From: an uncultured Gammaproteobacteria bacterium
GTDB taxonomy: Bacteria; Pseudomonadota; Gammaproteobacteria; Poriferisulfidales; GCA-002705445
NCBI GenBank assembly: GCA_913031205.1
Contig: CAJWEM010000004.1
Span: 1,207 to 65,206 of the forward strand
Reading direction: 5' to 3'
Length of the DNA stretch: 64,000 bases
Shown one piece after another: positions 20,159 through 30,407 of this stretch. The notes beneath the pieces are model-generated. The model had not been told where the DNA came from and made no database searches. It worked only from the letters and a program-made list of their open reading frames with translations. A program made the position numbers and the translations under genes. How positions within the stretch are numbered: the first letter of the stretch is position 1; every line of letters starts with the position of its first letter.

Positions 20159-21135
20159 TATTTTAACCTTACTCTTGGGTCGACTAACGTATAGGATATA
20201 TCCGTCAAAATTAATCCAAATATATATAAAATTGTTCCCAAAAATACCATCGCTCTAACTATTGCGAAATCTTGACTTTGTATTGCGTCAATTGTGTAGC
20301 TACCCAAACCTGGTATTCCAAAAAAAGATTCTACTATTAAACTTCCTAAAAATAATAATGGCAATATAACAACGACCCCGGTTAGAATTGGAATTAAAGC
20401 ATTTTTAAAAACATGATTAAAAAGTACTGAAACCTCAGATAACCCTTTCGATTTAGCTGTTTTTACATAGTCTTTTTCGATTTCCTCAAGGAATAGTGAT
20501 CTATACCATCTTGTGCCTGAGCCAATGCCGTAAATTACACTTATAAATACAGGTAAAATTAAAAATTTGATAGCATCGACTCCTTGGGCATAGCCTGATA
20601 TCGGGACAAGCTGAAGCAACTTACTAATAAGATACTGCCCCCCTATAATGTAAAAGAGACTAGAAATTGACATTAATGCTACGCAAAAGATCACACCAAT
20701 ATAGTCAACTTTTGTTGCTCGAAAGAAAACAAAAAATAGAGCAAAAGTTATATTTATCATCAAACCCACTAATAAAGACGGTAAGGCGATAGCTAAACTT
20801 GGCCACATTCTTTGTTTAATATCGTACTTAATATCTCTTCCGCTATCTGAAATTCCAAAATCAAAGTAAAAAAGCTTAACTGATTTTTCATAAAAAATTG
20901 TTTTCTTAATAACATTTAAGCCTGTTTCTGATTGATTAAAAAATAAAGGAAAATTATATCCTCTTTGTTCATTCCAAGATTGTATTTGCTCTTGGGTAAC
21001 TCTCTTATTTCCTAAATGTAGTCTGGCAACCTCATCGGGTGAATTGACAACAAAAAAAAGGGTAAAAGTTAAAAGATTTACTCCAATTAATATTGGTATA
21101 GCATATAGAATTCTTTTAAATATATAATTAATCAT
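20158..21135 (-). CDS. yejB: ABC transporter permease (DppB/YejB-like)
   Basis: 325 aa, 6 TM helices, BPD_transp_1 type core. The start overlaps the yejE stop. Confidence 0.82.
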   Translation of the reverse strand: MINYIFKRILYAIPILIGVNLLTFTLFFVVNSPDEVARLHLGNKRVTQEQIQSWNEQRGYNFPLFFNQSETGLNVIKKTIFYEKSVKLFYFDFGISDSGRDIKYDIKQRMWPSLAIALPSLLVGLMINITFALFFVFFRATKVDYIGVIFCVALMSISSLFYIIGGQYLISKLLQLVPISGYAQGVDAIKFLILPVFISVIYGIGSGTRWYRSLFLEEIEKDYVKTAKSKGLSEVSVLFNHVFKNALIPILTGVVVILPLLFLGSLIVESFFGIPGLGSYTIDAIQSQDFAIVRAMVFLGTILYIFGLILTDISYTLVDPRVRLK

Positions 21136-23272
21136 ATATTTTCTCTCTATCTTTTTTTCTCACCATGAAGAAAACTGACAGTATTAATAAAAATATTAGA
21201 AATGCTAAAATATATAATAAAGTAAAATTTGCTTTGTTCCATGATTTTATATTTTTGTTTCTAGAATTTAATTTTATTTTTTTATATTTTAGTGTGTTGT
21301 TAGCCATTAAATTTGATTCAACATTTTCTACCCAGCCATGCGATAAAGAAAAAGATTTTGGATGCCATCCCCAAATCCATGGACAATCTTCTTGAATGAT
21401 CGACAACATCTGGTCAATAATTTTTTCTCTCTCTATGGAATTTCTCATATTTTTCATCTTTATAAAAAGTTTATCGAACTCTTTGCTATCATAGTTGGAT
21501 GCATTTTCACCACTGTATTTAACCTTTCCGTTTTTACTATATAGTAGAAATAAAAAATTTTCAGGGTCTGGATAATCTGCATTCCAGCCCCATTGGAAAA
21601 TCTGACCAGTTCCATTTATCATTTTTTCTTGAAACCTATTATAGTCCGTAACTCTTGTAACTAGCTGAATATTTATTTTCTTAAACTGTTTTCTAAGCCA
21701 ATTCAAAAATGAATAAGTATCAGCTCCTGAGCCTGTGGCCTCAAAATATAGAATTAGAGGCTTCCCATTTTTTTGATTTATACCATTAGGGTAACCCGCT
21801 TTTTCCATCAAAATTTTTGCTTTTTCTATATTTTTTTTAACAATTCTTTTATTTTTAAAGCTGTAAATTGTTTTATTATATTTTTTTATACCGTCTTGAT
21901 AACCAAAAATTCCTGGCGGTATAGGGCTTTGTGCAACTATTCCTCTTCCGTTTGCAAATATTGAAATATATTCTTCATAATCAATTGCAAGAGTTATAGC
22001 TTGTCTCAAATACTTCGCTCTATTGCTTTTACCGCCAACGGTGCCATCAAGCATATTAAATCCAATATAATAGGTTGAAGCTGCAGTTGCCATAGAAAGA
22101 TGAATGCCCTTTTCTTTCAGTTCCTCTGTTAAAGTTATATCTCCTGAGCTATTGAGGGAAACTGCTTGATCGTAGTTATCTGAAGCTATACCAGAATTAT
22201 CATAGTAGCCTTGAAGAAATTTATTCCATCTTGGTATCTGTTCTTTCTCTAAAGAAAAAATAGCTTCGTCAATGAATGGAATTACTTTTTCCTTGTTTTC
22301 TGAATACATTTTTTTATTTTTAATCTTATCTTTTAATGAAGGGTAAACCTCACCTCGAAAATTACTATTTCTCTTGAGAACCATTCTTAAATTGGGATTA
22401 TTTTCTGTGAGCATGAATGGTCCTGTTCCGACTGGATACCAATTCAGAGTTATATTTTTCTTTTTTAATTGTTGTTGACTGTAAAACAAATCTGCTTCCC
22501 AAGGCATTGGAGCAAAAAAGGGCATTGCTAACCAGTAAACAAATTGGGGATACGGTTTTTTAAGAATAATAGAAAATGAGAAATCATCGATTTTTTTAAT
22601 TCCAAGCATTTTATTATTTTTTAGGTAAGAAACTCTTTTTTCACCACTTATATTATTAAGTTTGCTTAGCTGTTCCTTATATTCTGTAAAACCATATATA
22701 TATTCTTGCATAACTCCAGATATCGGCGAATGATTTAAATTATCAGCTAATCTTTTAATTTGATATATGTAATCGTCAGACATTAGTTCTCTTGTGCTAC
22801 TTTTTTTAAAATCAGATAAAGTATTTATATTTTTCAAATCATCTAACTCAAGAGAATGATAAAGATACTTACTTTTTTCTTTAAAAAAAGCTGGATGATT
22901 TTGATATAAAATTCCTTTTTTGATGTTAAGAATATATTTTGAGTATCTTGCGTTTTTTACTTTTTTTGTAACCTTAAAATTTGAATCAAGATATTGAACT
23001 TCCGGTAATTTTGTGGCTGTTAATGGAATTAATTCATATGGCTTTTTTAAATAATGATATTGAAATAATGGTTCGTAAATTTGAGCTAAAAATGCATATT
23101 CATTTGAACTATATGACCTAACAGGATCTAAGTGCTTTGGTCTTTCTTGAAAAGAGGAATAAAGTATATTTTGTGAGCTATTATTGTCGCTATATGGGCT
23201 ATTTAATGGATTATCAGAACAACCAAATAAAAAAATTGATAGTAAGAAAATATTTTTTAAATCATTTATCAT
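21128..23272 (-). CDS. yejA: ABC transporter substrate-binding lipoprotein, family 5 (YejA-like), with C-terminal TM helix
   Basis: I placed the start at the ATG giving MINDLKNIFLLSIFLFGCSDN (signal peptide plus lipobox LFGC). A cluster-C SBP core follows. The C-terminal 35 aa form a hydrophobic helix followed by a basic stretch (LLYILAFLIFLLILSVFFMVRKKDREK). The upstream 52 codons of the track ORF are probably not translated. Confidence 0.75.
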   Translation of the reverse strand: MINDLKNIFLLSIFLFGCSDNPLNSPYSDNNSSQNILYSSFQERPKHLDPVRSYSSNEYAFLAQIYEPLFQYHYLKKPYELIPLTATKLPEVQYLDSNFKVTKKVKNARYSKYILNIKKGILYQNHPAFFKEKSKYLYHSLELDDLKNINTLSDFKKSSTRELMSDDYIYQIKRLADNLNHSPISGVMQEYIYGFTEYKEQLSKLNNISGEKRVSYLKNNKMLGIKKIDDFSFSIILKKPYPQFVYWLAMPFFAPMPWEADLFYSQQQLKKKNITLNWYPVGTGPFMLTENNPNLRMVLKRNSNFRGEVYPSLKDKIKNKKMYSENKEKVIPFIDEAIFSLEKEQIPRWNKFLQGYYDNSGIASDNYDQAVSLNSSGDITLTEELKEKGIHLSMATAASTYYIGFNMLDGTVGGKSNRAKYLRQAITLAIDYEEYISIFANGRGIVAQSPIPPGIFGYQDGIKKYNKTIYSFKNKRIVKKNIEKAKILMEKAGYPNGINQKNGKPLILYFEATGSGADTYSFLNWLRKQFKKINIQLVTRVTDYNRFQEKMINGTGQIFQWGWNADYPDPENFLFLLYSKNGKVKYSGENASNYDSKEFDKLFIKMKNMRNSIEREKIIDQMLSIIQEDCPWIWGWHPKSFSLSHGWVENVESNLMANNTLKYKKIKLNSRNKNIKSWNKANFTLLYILAFLIFLLILSVFFMVRKKDREKIYD

Positions 23273-23346
23273 TTGGAGTGACCCATGTTTTGTAAATATT
23301 ATATATTTTACTGCATAATAAATAAAATATGATATACAATATCTGT

Positions 23347-24132
23347 ATGAAAAATCTAGCAGGTAAAAAGGCTTTGATATTAGGAATAGCAAGCAATAGA
23401 TCCATTGCTTGGGGCATATCGGAATCATTGAAGAATCATGGTGCTGAATTAGCTTTTACATACCAAAATGAGAAATTAAAAGAAAGAGTTGAGAAACTAG
23501 CTGGTGAATGTGGATCGGATATCGTTCTTCCATGTGATGTATCTGTTGATGGTTCTATTAACCAAATGTTAGAAAAATTGTCTGGCAGATGGAGTGAATT
23601 TGATATATTAATTCATTCGCTTGCTTTTGCACCTAAAGAAGAACTTGAAGGAAATTATATAGAAAAAACTTCTAAAGATGGTTTTATTCAAGCACATAGC
23701 ATCAGTAGTTACAGTTTACTTGAGTTATGCCAAGAAGCGCAGCCGATGCTAAAAGGAACAAATCCCTCAGTTATATCTTTGTCCTACCTTGGTGCCGTTC
23801 GAGGTATGCCAAATTACAATGTTATGGGTGTAGCGAAAGCAAGCTTAGAGGCAAACGTAAGGTATCTTGCTTATGCGATGGGGGAAAATAATATTAGAGT
23901 AAATTGTATTTCAGCAGGGCCAATAAAAACATTAGCTGCGGCTGGTATATCAGATTTTAGAAAAATGTTAGATCACGTTGAAAAAAATTCACCTTTAAAA
24001 AGAAATGTTACAATCCAACAAGTTGGGGATACCGCCTCATTTTTAGCATCTGATGGTGCAAGTGGTATTACTGGTCAAACAATTTATGTTGACTCAGGAT
24101 TTAATATTATAGGTATGCCATCGATAGATTAA
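23347..24132 (+). CDS. fabI: enoyl-[acyl-carrier-protein] reductase (NADH) FabI
   Basis: SDR fold (GKKALILGIASNRSIAWGI) with catalytic Y...K (YNVMGVAKASLE). Start at the ATG giving MKNLAGKK. Confidence 0.92.
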   Translation: MKNLAGKKALILGIASNRSIAWGISESLKNHGAELAFTYQNEKLKERVEKLAGECGSDIVLPCDVSVDGSINQMLEKLSGRWSEFDILIHSLAFAPKEELEGNYIEKTSKDGFIQAHSISSYSLLELCQEAQPMLKGTNPSVISLSYLGAVRGMPNYNVMGVAKASLEANVRYLAYAMGENNIRVNCISAGPIKTLAAAGISDFRKMLDHVEKNSPLKRNVTIQQVGDTASFLASDGASGITGQTIYVDSGFNIIGMPSID

Positions 24133-24135
24133 AAA

Positions 24136-25368
24136 TTATTTTGATACAACACTAACACAACAGGAATCACCATAAACATTTACGCTTGTTCTTAACATAT
24201 CAAGTATTCTATCAATACCTAAAATTAGACCTACTGCTTCAAAAGGAAGGCCTACAGCACCTAAAATAACAACAATAGCTACAAAGCTTGCTGATGGGAT
24301 CCCAGCAACACCAACTGATGTAATTAAAGCTAAAGAAAGTATCAAAAATTGGTCAATGACCGTTAAGTCAACACCGTATAATTGCGCAATAAAGATAACA
24401 ACAACACATTCAAATAATGCTGTTCCGTCCATATTTATAGTTGCGCCAATTGGAATAATAAAATTAACTTTTTCTTCTTTATAATTTAATTTTTCAATAA
24501 GACATCTTGTTGTAACAGGAATTGTTGCAACTGATGAACTTGTTGAAAAAGCAACGAATAATGCTGTGCTTATACCTTTTAAATGTGAAATTATATTAAC
24601 TTTAAAAATTATTAATACCATTGAATAAAAGATAACAACATGAATCAATAAAGCAGAAATTACTGTAACAAAGAATTTAGAAAGAATTAAATAGCTCTCT
24701 GGCTCGAAATTCATCGCTGCTTTTGCAATCAGACAAAACACACCGTATGGAGTGAAGTAAAGAATAAGATACATAATTTTGACGAAAACGAGGTAAATAC
24801 CCTCCCAAAAGTCTTTTACAACATCTGTGCTTCTAGAATTTGAGGATCTCAAAATAATACCAATTAATATACTAAACAAGACTATGAAAAGCATATTGCC
24901 TGAAGAAATGGAGGTAAAAATATTTCCAGAAAAAATTTTTAAGAAAAAAGCGCCGAGTGAATATTCGTCTTGAGAGCTTATAATTAAATCAATATTTGAT
25001 TCCTTATCAAGGCCAAGTATATTTCCTGCCCCAATGCCATCGATTAAGCCAGGTTTAATAATATTTACTACTAAAATTCCAATTGAAATTGCAACAAAAC
25101 TTGTTGCCAAATAGAATAAAATTGTTTTTAGGCCAAGCCCAGATAATTCGCCCGAATCATTAAATTTTGAGATATTAAAAATTAAAGATGACATTATAAG
25201 AGGAATTACAACCATCTTAAGAGCATTAAGAAAAATTAGCCCAAAAACATCAAAAAAAGTATATAAATTTAAGTTCGCTATTGTGTATGATTTATCAAAA
25301 AAGTTTCCTACAAGGATTCCTAAAAATAAAAAAATTAAAATTCTTTTTGAAGATGGCAGCCTATCCAT
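24136..25368 (-). CDS. dicarboxylate/amino acid:cation symporter (DAACS/GltP family)
   Basis: 410 aa with about 8 TM helices and re-entrant loops, and the characteristic NMDGTALFE motif. Confidence 0.85.
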   Translation of the reverse strand: MDRLPSSKRILIFLFLGILVGNFFDKSYTIANLNLYTFFDVFGLIFLNALKMVVIPLIMSSLIFNISKFNDSGELSGLGLKTILFYLATSFVAISIGILVVNIIKPGLIDGIGAGNILGLDKESNIDLIISSQDEYSLGAFFLKIFSGNIFTSISSGNMLFIVLFSILIGIILRSSNSRSTDVVKDFWEGIYLVFVKIMYLILYFTPYGVFCLIAKAAMNFEPESYLILSKFFVTVISALLIHVVIFYSMVLIIFKVNIISHLKGISTALFVAFSTSSSVATIPVTTRCLIEKLNYKEEKVNFIIPIGATINMDGTALFECVVVIFIAQLYGVDLTVIDQFLILSLALITSVGVAGIPSASFVAIVVILGAVGLPFEAVGLILGIDRILDMLRTSVNVYGDSCCVSVVSK

Positions 25369-25371
25369 AAT

Positions 25372-27255
25372 CTAAAGATTTTCAGAATAGATGATAATAT
25401 CGGCCCTATCTCTTAAACTTTGAATAACTGAATATAATAATGCGTTGACTTGATCATTATTAAACATAGTCTCAAGTGATCTTTGGCTTAATTCAGATTC
25501 GCCATTATTGATTTTATCTAAGAAAATAAGCTCATAATTTCCCGTGCCAGACTCAATGCTAGTGATATTTTCTTTTTTTGTTAAAGAGAAGACTCTATCT
25601 AAAATTGAGGGAGGAATACTATCATCTGACCTTTCAATTTCTTTGTATGAAGTTAGCTTCTTGCTAAAATTATTAGCTATTTCATCAAGAGACTTTCCTT
25701 CTTTGACACTATTTTCAATATCTTTGATGGAATTTTTCATGTTTTCAATTGATTTTTCAGTTTTTAATAAGCCCTCTATTTCCTTTTTCACACTATTATA
25801 TTCTTTATATTGAACAGCTGATCTATTTTTAATTCTGAGCATTATAATATTACCTTTTATTTCAATAGGCTCACTATTTAGGTTTTCTTTTGATACAGCA
25901 GGGGAGCCGAGTGCTTTGAAAACTTTTGGATCATTAAGGTCTTTATGTCTGCTCTTAATTTGGGGTAGAGTTAAAAGTCCAGTTGATGTTTTTTGAACTG
26001 ACAAATATTCTTCAACTTTTTCTAAAGAGTTTGGAAATTCAAATAAAATATTAGCTAAGTCCTCATATATAACTTCATATTTTCTTGAAATCTGCACATT
26101 TTGAAAATCTTTTTTTACATTAACTTCTACTTCTTCAAAAGTTTTAATTTTTGCATCAATAATCCCATCTAACTTCAGAATATAATAACCCTGCTCTGTT
26201 TCAATAATTTCGCTGATATCATTTATACTTTCAAGTAGGAATAATTTATCAGATATCTCTTTATTTAAATCTTTTTTGTTTACCCAGCCAATTTTACCCC
26301 CATTATCTCTTGAAAGTTGATCATTTGAGTATTTTTTTGCTAACTTAGAAAAAGAAGCTCCCGATTTCAAGAACCCTTTTATTTCCTCAATAAGAACCTT
26401 ATTCTCATTTTTATTGCCTTTAATATTTGATAAAAATATCTGACTAAAATCTCTTTTTTCAGGAACAATATATTTGAACTTATTTTCATTGTAGTAATTT
26501 TTTAAAGCTAACTTATCTTCCGATATTAGCTCTTTAAGTTTTTGCTTATCAAAAACAATATATTCAACGTCAATTTTCTCAGGCATCGCAAAAATATTTT
26601 TGTACTTCGTAAAAAATTCTTTTTTTTGATCTTCTGTAAAATTTTCTTTATCGTCTATGAAGTCATTATAACTTAGAGATAGAATCCTAAAATTTCTTGT
26701 TTGATATTTTAATTCCTCAAGAAGCTTGATCTGTTGAGAGGTTATAAATGATGATTGAACAATATTATTATAAAACTGAAGAGTTTTAAGTTCTGATTTT
26801 CTTATTCTTTCATAATTAGGTATATCAATACCTTGCCTTTCTAATAAGGCTTTATAAATTTTAGAATTAAATTCATTGTTGGAATGAAAAATTTTATTGT
26901 TTTTAATATCTTCGATTAAAGATTTTTCTGAAACTTGAAATTTATTATCAACTGTAAACTCTCTAACAATTACACCGTCGATTAATTCATCCAATACTGT
27001 TCTTTTGATTATTTTCTTCTGAAGTTCTGATTCATTTTGGTCTTTTGAGATTATGCTTTGCATTTCTCTCAGCCTATCTTGATATTCATTATTTAATCTT
27101 TCGGCTGATATCTTTGTATCGTTTACTTCTGCAACTATTACATTTCCTCCCGTAAAGTATTGATCTATCCCCCATAAAGCAAACGGTATACTTATACCTA
27201 TAACAATCACATAAGCTATCCAACCAGTCGCGCGATCTCTAATATTTTGTAACAA
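25372..27255 (-). CDS. ppiD: periplasmic chaperone / peptidyl-prolyl isomerase PpiD
   Basis: N-terminal MLQNIRDRATGWIAYVIVIGISIPFALWG signal anchor, SurA-like domains, and a parvulin-like domain. Its position next to hupB-lon is as in E. coli. Confidence 0.88.
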   Translation of the reverse strand: MLQNIRDRATGWIAYVIVIGISIPFALWGIDQYFTGGNVIVAEVNDTKISAERLNNEYQDRLREMQSIISKDQNESELQKKIIKRTVLDELIDGVIVREFTVDNKFQVSEKSLIEDIKNNKIFHSNNEFNSKIYKALLERQGIDIPNYERIRKSELKTLQFYNNIVQSSFITSQQIKLLEELKYQTRNFRILSLSYNDFIDDKENFTEDQKKEFFTKYKNIFAMPEKIDVEYIVFDKQKLKELISEDKLALKNYYNENKFKYIVPEKRDFSQIFLSNIKGNKNENKVLIEEIKGFLKSGASFSKLAKKYSNDQLSRDNGGKIGWVNKKDLNKEISDKLFLLESINDISEIIETEQGYYILKLDGIIDAKIKTFEEVEVNVKKDFQNVQISRKYEVIYEDLANILFEFPNSLEKVEEYLSVQKTSTGLLTLPQIKSRHKDLNDPKVFKALGSPAVSKENLNSEPIEIKGNIIMLRIKNRSAVQYKEYNSVKKEIEGLLKTEKSIENMKNSIKDIENSVKEGKSLDEIANNFSKKLTSYKEIERSDDSIPPSILDRVFSLTKKENITSIESGTGNYELIFLDKINNGESELSQRSLETMFNNDQVNALLYSVIQSLRDRADIIIYSENL

Positions 27256-27278
27256 TTTTTTTTCCTTTCAAATTCATA

Positions 27279-27356
27279 TGGCGGAGTGGACGGGACTCGA
27301 ACCCGCGACCCCCTGCGTGACAGGCAGGTATTCTAACCAAACTGAACTACCACTCC
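27279..27356 (-). tRNA. tRNA-Asp (anticodon GTC)
   Basis: Reverse complement reads GGAGTGGTAGTTCAGTTTGGTTAGAATACCTGCCTGTCACGCAGGGGGTCGCGGGTTCGAGTCCCGTCCACTCCGCCA, nearly identical to E. coli tRNA-Asp. CCA is encoded. Confidence 0.95.
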
Positions 27357-27371
27357 TTAACACTCTACTAT

Positions 27372-27447
27372 TGGTGGGTGCTGAGGGATTCGAACCCCCG
27401 ACATCCGCCTTGTAAGGGCGACGCTCTACCAACTGAGCTAAGCACCC
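27372..27447 (-). tRNA. tRNA-Val (anticodon TAC)
   Basis: Reverse complement reads GGGTGCTTAGCTCAGTTGGTAGAGCGTCGCCCTTACAAGGCGGATGTCGGGGGTTCGAATCCCTCAGCACCCACCA. Cloverleaf fits, and anticodon loop CTTACAA gives TAC. Confidence 0.92.
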
Positions 27448-27465
27448 CGAAAGTCAAGGGCGGAC

Positions 27466-27738
27466 TTAGTTTAGAGCATCCTTTAAGGCTTTACCAGCTT
27501 TGAATCCAGGAGTATTTGATGCTTTGATTTGAATTGACTCACCTGTTTGAGGGTTTCTGCCCATTCTCGCGTTTCTGTGTCTTACTTCAAATGTTCCGAA
27601 GCCAGGAATTGTAACTTTTTCGCCTGATTTTAATGTTGATGTAATTGCATCTAACACAGCTTCAAGAGCTCTTCCAGCTTCTGCTTTGTTTGATCCTGTA
27701 GAACTTGCAATTGCGTCGATTAAGTCTGATTTATTCAT
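27466..27738 (-). CDS. hupB: DNA-binding protein HU-beta
   Basis: 90 aa with typical HU sequence (MNKSDLIDAIA...GFGTFEVRHRNARMGRNPQTGE). Confidence 0.95.
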   Translation of the reverse strand: MNKSDLIDAIASSTGSNKAEAGRALEAVLDAITSTLKSGEKVTIPGFGTFEVRHRNARMGRNPQTGESIQIKASNTPGFKAGKALKDALN

Positions 27739-27931
27739 TATTATTATCCTCTAAAATTGTATGTTTTTGTGAAACTGTAAATTCATAAAAAATCTCTGCT
27801 ACCCTTGTCATTTATACATTAAGGAGAATTTCTCTGTCAACAAGGAAATAAAATTAAATAAATTTAACAAAAATAATAATATTATTGAAAACTAATTAAC
27901 GATGTAAACTATTGTTTTAGAACAATATTTT

Positions 27932-30325
27932 TTAATGTGTTAAAACGTCCTTTGTTTCAGATTTTCTACTTAATTTATTTTGAAGTAAATCTAATCCAGG
28001 TACTTGATTTTCAAGTGCAAGTGATAAAACCTCTTCTACCCATTCTACGGTTTTTATATCTAAATTATCTTTAATGTTGTCAGGTATCTCTGCAAGATCT
28101 TTTTCATTCTCTAACGGTATAATAACTGTTTTAATACCCCCTCTTAAAGCTGCCAACATTTTTTCTTTCAGTCCCCCAATGGGTAATACTTGGCCATGAA
28201 GGTTTATCTCACCTGTCATCGCTACTGAGGACTTAACTGGATTTTCAGTTAATGCAGATACAAGTGATGTGACTATTCCTACTCCAGCACTTGGGCCATC
28301 TTTTGGAGTTGCGCCTTCAGGAAAATGAACATGAATATCTTTATTCTCATGAAAATCTTTCTCAATATTTAAATTCAAAGCTCTTTTTCTAACAATTGTC
28401 ATTGCTGCCCTGATTGATTCTTGCATTACATCACCCAAAGATCCAGTTAGGATGTATTTTCCTTTTCCAGGGATGACTGCAGTTTCAACACTTAGGAGTT
28501 CACCTCCTACTTCAGTCCATGCAAGTCCATTTACCAAGCCAATTACATTCTCTTTTTCAGCTTCGCCATGTTTAAAACTCTTAACACCTAAAAAATCTTT
28601 TAAATTATTTTTATCGACCTTAATACTTTTCAGCTTCTTATTTAAAAGAAGTTTTTTGACTACTTTTCTACAAATTTTAGAAAGTTCTCTTTCTAAGTTT
28701 CTAACACCAGCTTCTCTTGTATATGATCTAATAATTTCTATAAAAATATTTTTATTAAATTTAATATCTTTATCTGTTAAACCGTTGTTCTCAAGTTGTT
28801 TTGGCATCAAGTATTTGCTGGCAATATTTTCTTTTTCATTTTCCGTATAACCTGGGATTCTAATAACTTCCATTCTATCAAGAAGAGGCCCGGGGATATT
28901 CATTGAATTTGAAGTCGCAACGAACATTACATCAGATAAATCAAAATCAACTTCTAAATAATGATCTGAAAAAGTATCGTTTTGCTCTGAGTCAAGAACT
29001 TCAAGTAAAGCTGATGAGGGGTCGCCTCTGAAATCCATAGCCATCTTATCAATTTCATCCAGTAAGAATAATGGGTTTTTAACACCTACTTTTGACAAAT
29101 TCTGTATGATTTTTCCTGGTAATGAGCCAATATAGGTTCTTCTGTGCCCTCTTATTTCTGCTTCATCTCTTACCCCGCCAAGTGACATTCTTGTGAATTT
29201 TCTGCCAGTGGCTTTTGCTATCGACTTGCCTAAACTTGTTTTTCCAACACCTGGAGGTCCAACTAAGCAAAGTATTGGGCCTTTTAACTTACTAACTCTT
29301 TGCTGTACGGCAAGATACTCTAAAATTCTTTCTTTTACCTTTTCAAGGCCATGATGATCATCTTCCAAAACTTTTTCAGCGATAACAAGATCTTTTGTAA
29401 CTTTTGTTCTTTTTTTCCAAGGAACATTAACCAAAACATCAATGTAGTTTCTCAAAACGGATGCTTCTGCAGACATTGGGGACATCATTTTCAATTTATT
29501 TACATCTGCCTTAATTTTTTGCATAACGTCTTTTGGCATGCCTGACTTTGAAATTTTTTGCTCAATCTCTTCAATTTCATTCGGAACATCATCCATATCG
29601 CCAAGCTCTTTTTGTATGGCTTTCATTTGTTCATTTAAATAATATTCTCTTTGACTCTTCTCCATTTGATTTTTTACCCTACCTCTAATTTTTTTCTCAA
29701 CTTGTAGGATATCAAGTTCATTTTCGATGATACTAATAATATGCTCTATACGATCTTTAACATCATTAATTTCAAGAATGGCTTGTTTTTCTTCCATCTT
29801 TAAAACCATATGAGCGGCTATAGTGTCTGCTAGTCTTGAGGGGTCGTCAATGCCGGATAAGGAAGTCATTACCTCTGGCGCAATTTTTTTATTTAATTTT
29901 ACGTATTGATCAAACGAGTCAATTACCGACCTGCTTAGAATCTCAATTTCTCTGTCATCAACAATTGGTTCTTCGATGATATTAACTTTTGCCTCAAAAT
30001 AAGAATCTCCATAAACTTTGCCATTAATTTCAGCTCTGTTAGAGCCTTCAACTAAAACCTTAATAGTTCCGTCCGGAAGTTTTAATAGTTGTAAAACAGT
30101 TGCTAATGTTCCAAATCTATAAATATCTTTGTCTTGTGGGTCATCTAGATCTGCAGTTTTTTGAGCTACAAGCATAATTTGCTTATTGTCGTCCATAGCA
30201 ACCTCAAGAGACTTAATAGATTTATCTCTTCCGACAAAAAGAGGAATTACCATATTTGGAAATACAATAACATCTCTCAAAGGTAAAACTGGGAAAACTA
30301 ATGTGTTTGGACTATCTTTTTTCAT
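27932..30325 (-). CDS. lon: ATP-dependent Lon protease
   Basis: N-terminal LON domain (PVLPLRDVIVFPNMVIPLFVGR), AAA+ Walker A GPPGVGKTS, and proteolytic Ser in PKDGPSAG. I preferred the ATG giving MKKDSPN over the GTG 12 nt upstream. Confidence 0.93.
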   Translation of the reverse strand: MKKDSPNTLVFPVLPLRDVIVFPNMVIPLFVGRDKSIKSLEVAMDDNKQIMLVAQKTADLDDPQDKDIYRFGTLATVLQLLKLPDGTIKVLVEGSNRAEINGKVYGDSYFEAKVNIIEEPIVDDREIEILSRSVIDSFDQYVKLNKKIAPEVMTSLSGIDDPSRLADTIAAHMVLKMEEKQAILEINDVKDRIEHIISIIENELDILQVEKKIRGRVKNQMEKSQREYYLNEQMKAIQKELGDMDDVPNEIEEIEQKISKSGMPKDVMQKIKADVNKLKMMSPMSAEASVLRNYIDVLVNVPWKKRTKVTKDLVIAEKVLEDDHHGLEKVKERILEYLAVQQRVSKLKGPILCLVGPPGVGKTSLGKSIAKATGRKFTRMSLGGVRDEAEIRGHRRTYIGSLPGKIIQNLSKVGVKNPLFLLDEIDKMAMDFRGDPSSALLEVLDSEQNDTFSDHYLEVDFDLSDVMFVATSNSMNIPGPLLDRMEVIRIPGYTENEKENIASKYLMPKQLENNGLTDKDIKFNKNIFIEIIRSYTREAGVRNLERELSKICRKVVKKLLLNKKLKSIKVDKNNLKDFLGVKSFKHGEAEKENVIGLVNGLAWTEVGGELLSVETAVIPGKGKYILTGSLGDVMQESIRAAMTIVRKRALNLNIEKDFHENKDIHVHFPEGATPKDGPSAGVGIVTSLVSALTENPVKSSVAMTGEINLHGQVLPIGGLKEKMLAALRGGIKTVIIPLENEKDLAEIPDNIKDNLDIKTVEWVEEVLSLALENQVPGLDLLQNKLSRKSETKDVLTH

Positions 30326-30407
30326 AAAATTAACCACAAAAATTGTTAATATTCAGTATTACTAATACTTATATTATGTGGTTATATTTTAATATTTCAA
30401 GGTGCTT

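Noticed and set aside
27880-27931. Inverted repeat attgtt-ttag-aacaat downstream of lon as a possible terminator
   Set aside because: Short 6-bp AT-rich stem without a following U-run on the transcribed strand, which is not convincing.
28452-28850. 132-aa plus-strand ORF, and similar 60-140 aa ORFs at 1761-2127, 12937-13359, 13573-13797, 31346-31660, 51190-51534, and 56737-57117
   Set aside because: All are antisense shadows inside well-supported genes (lon, carA, ratA, NSS transporter, clpX, leuC, htpX) with low-complexity translations.
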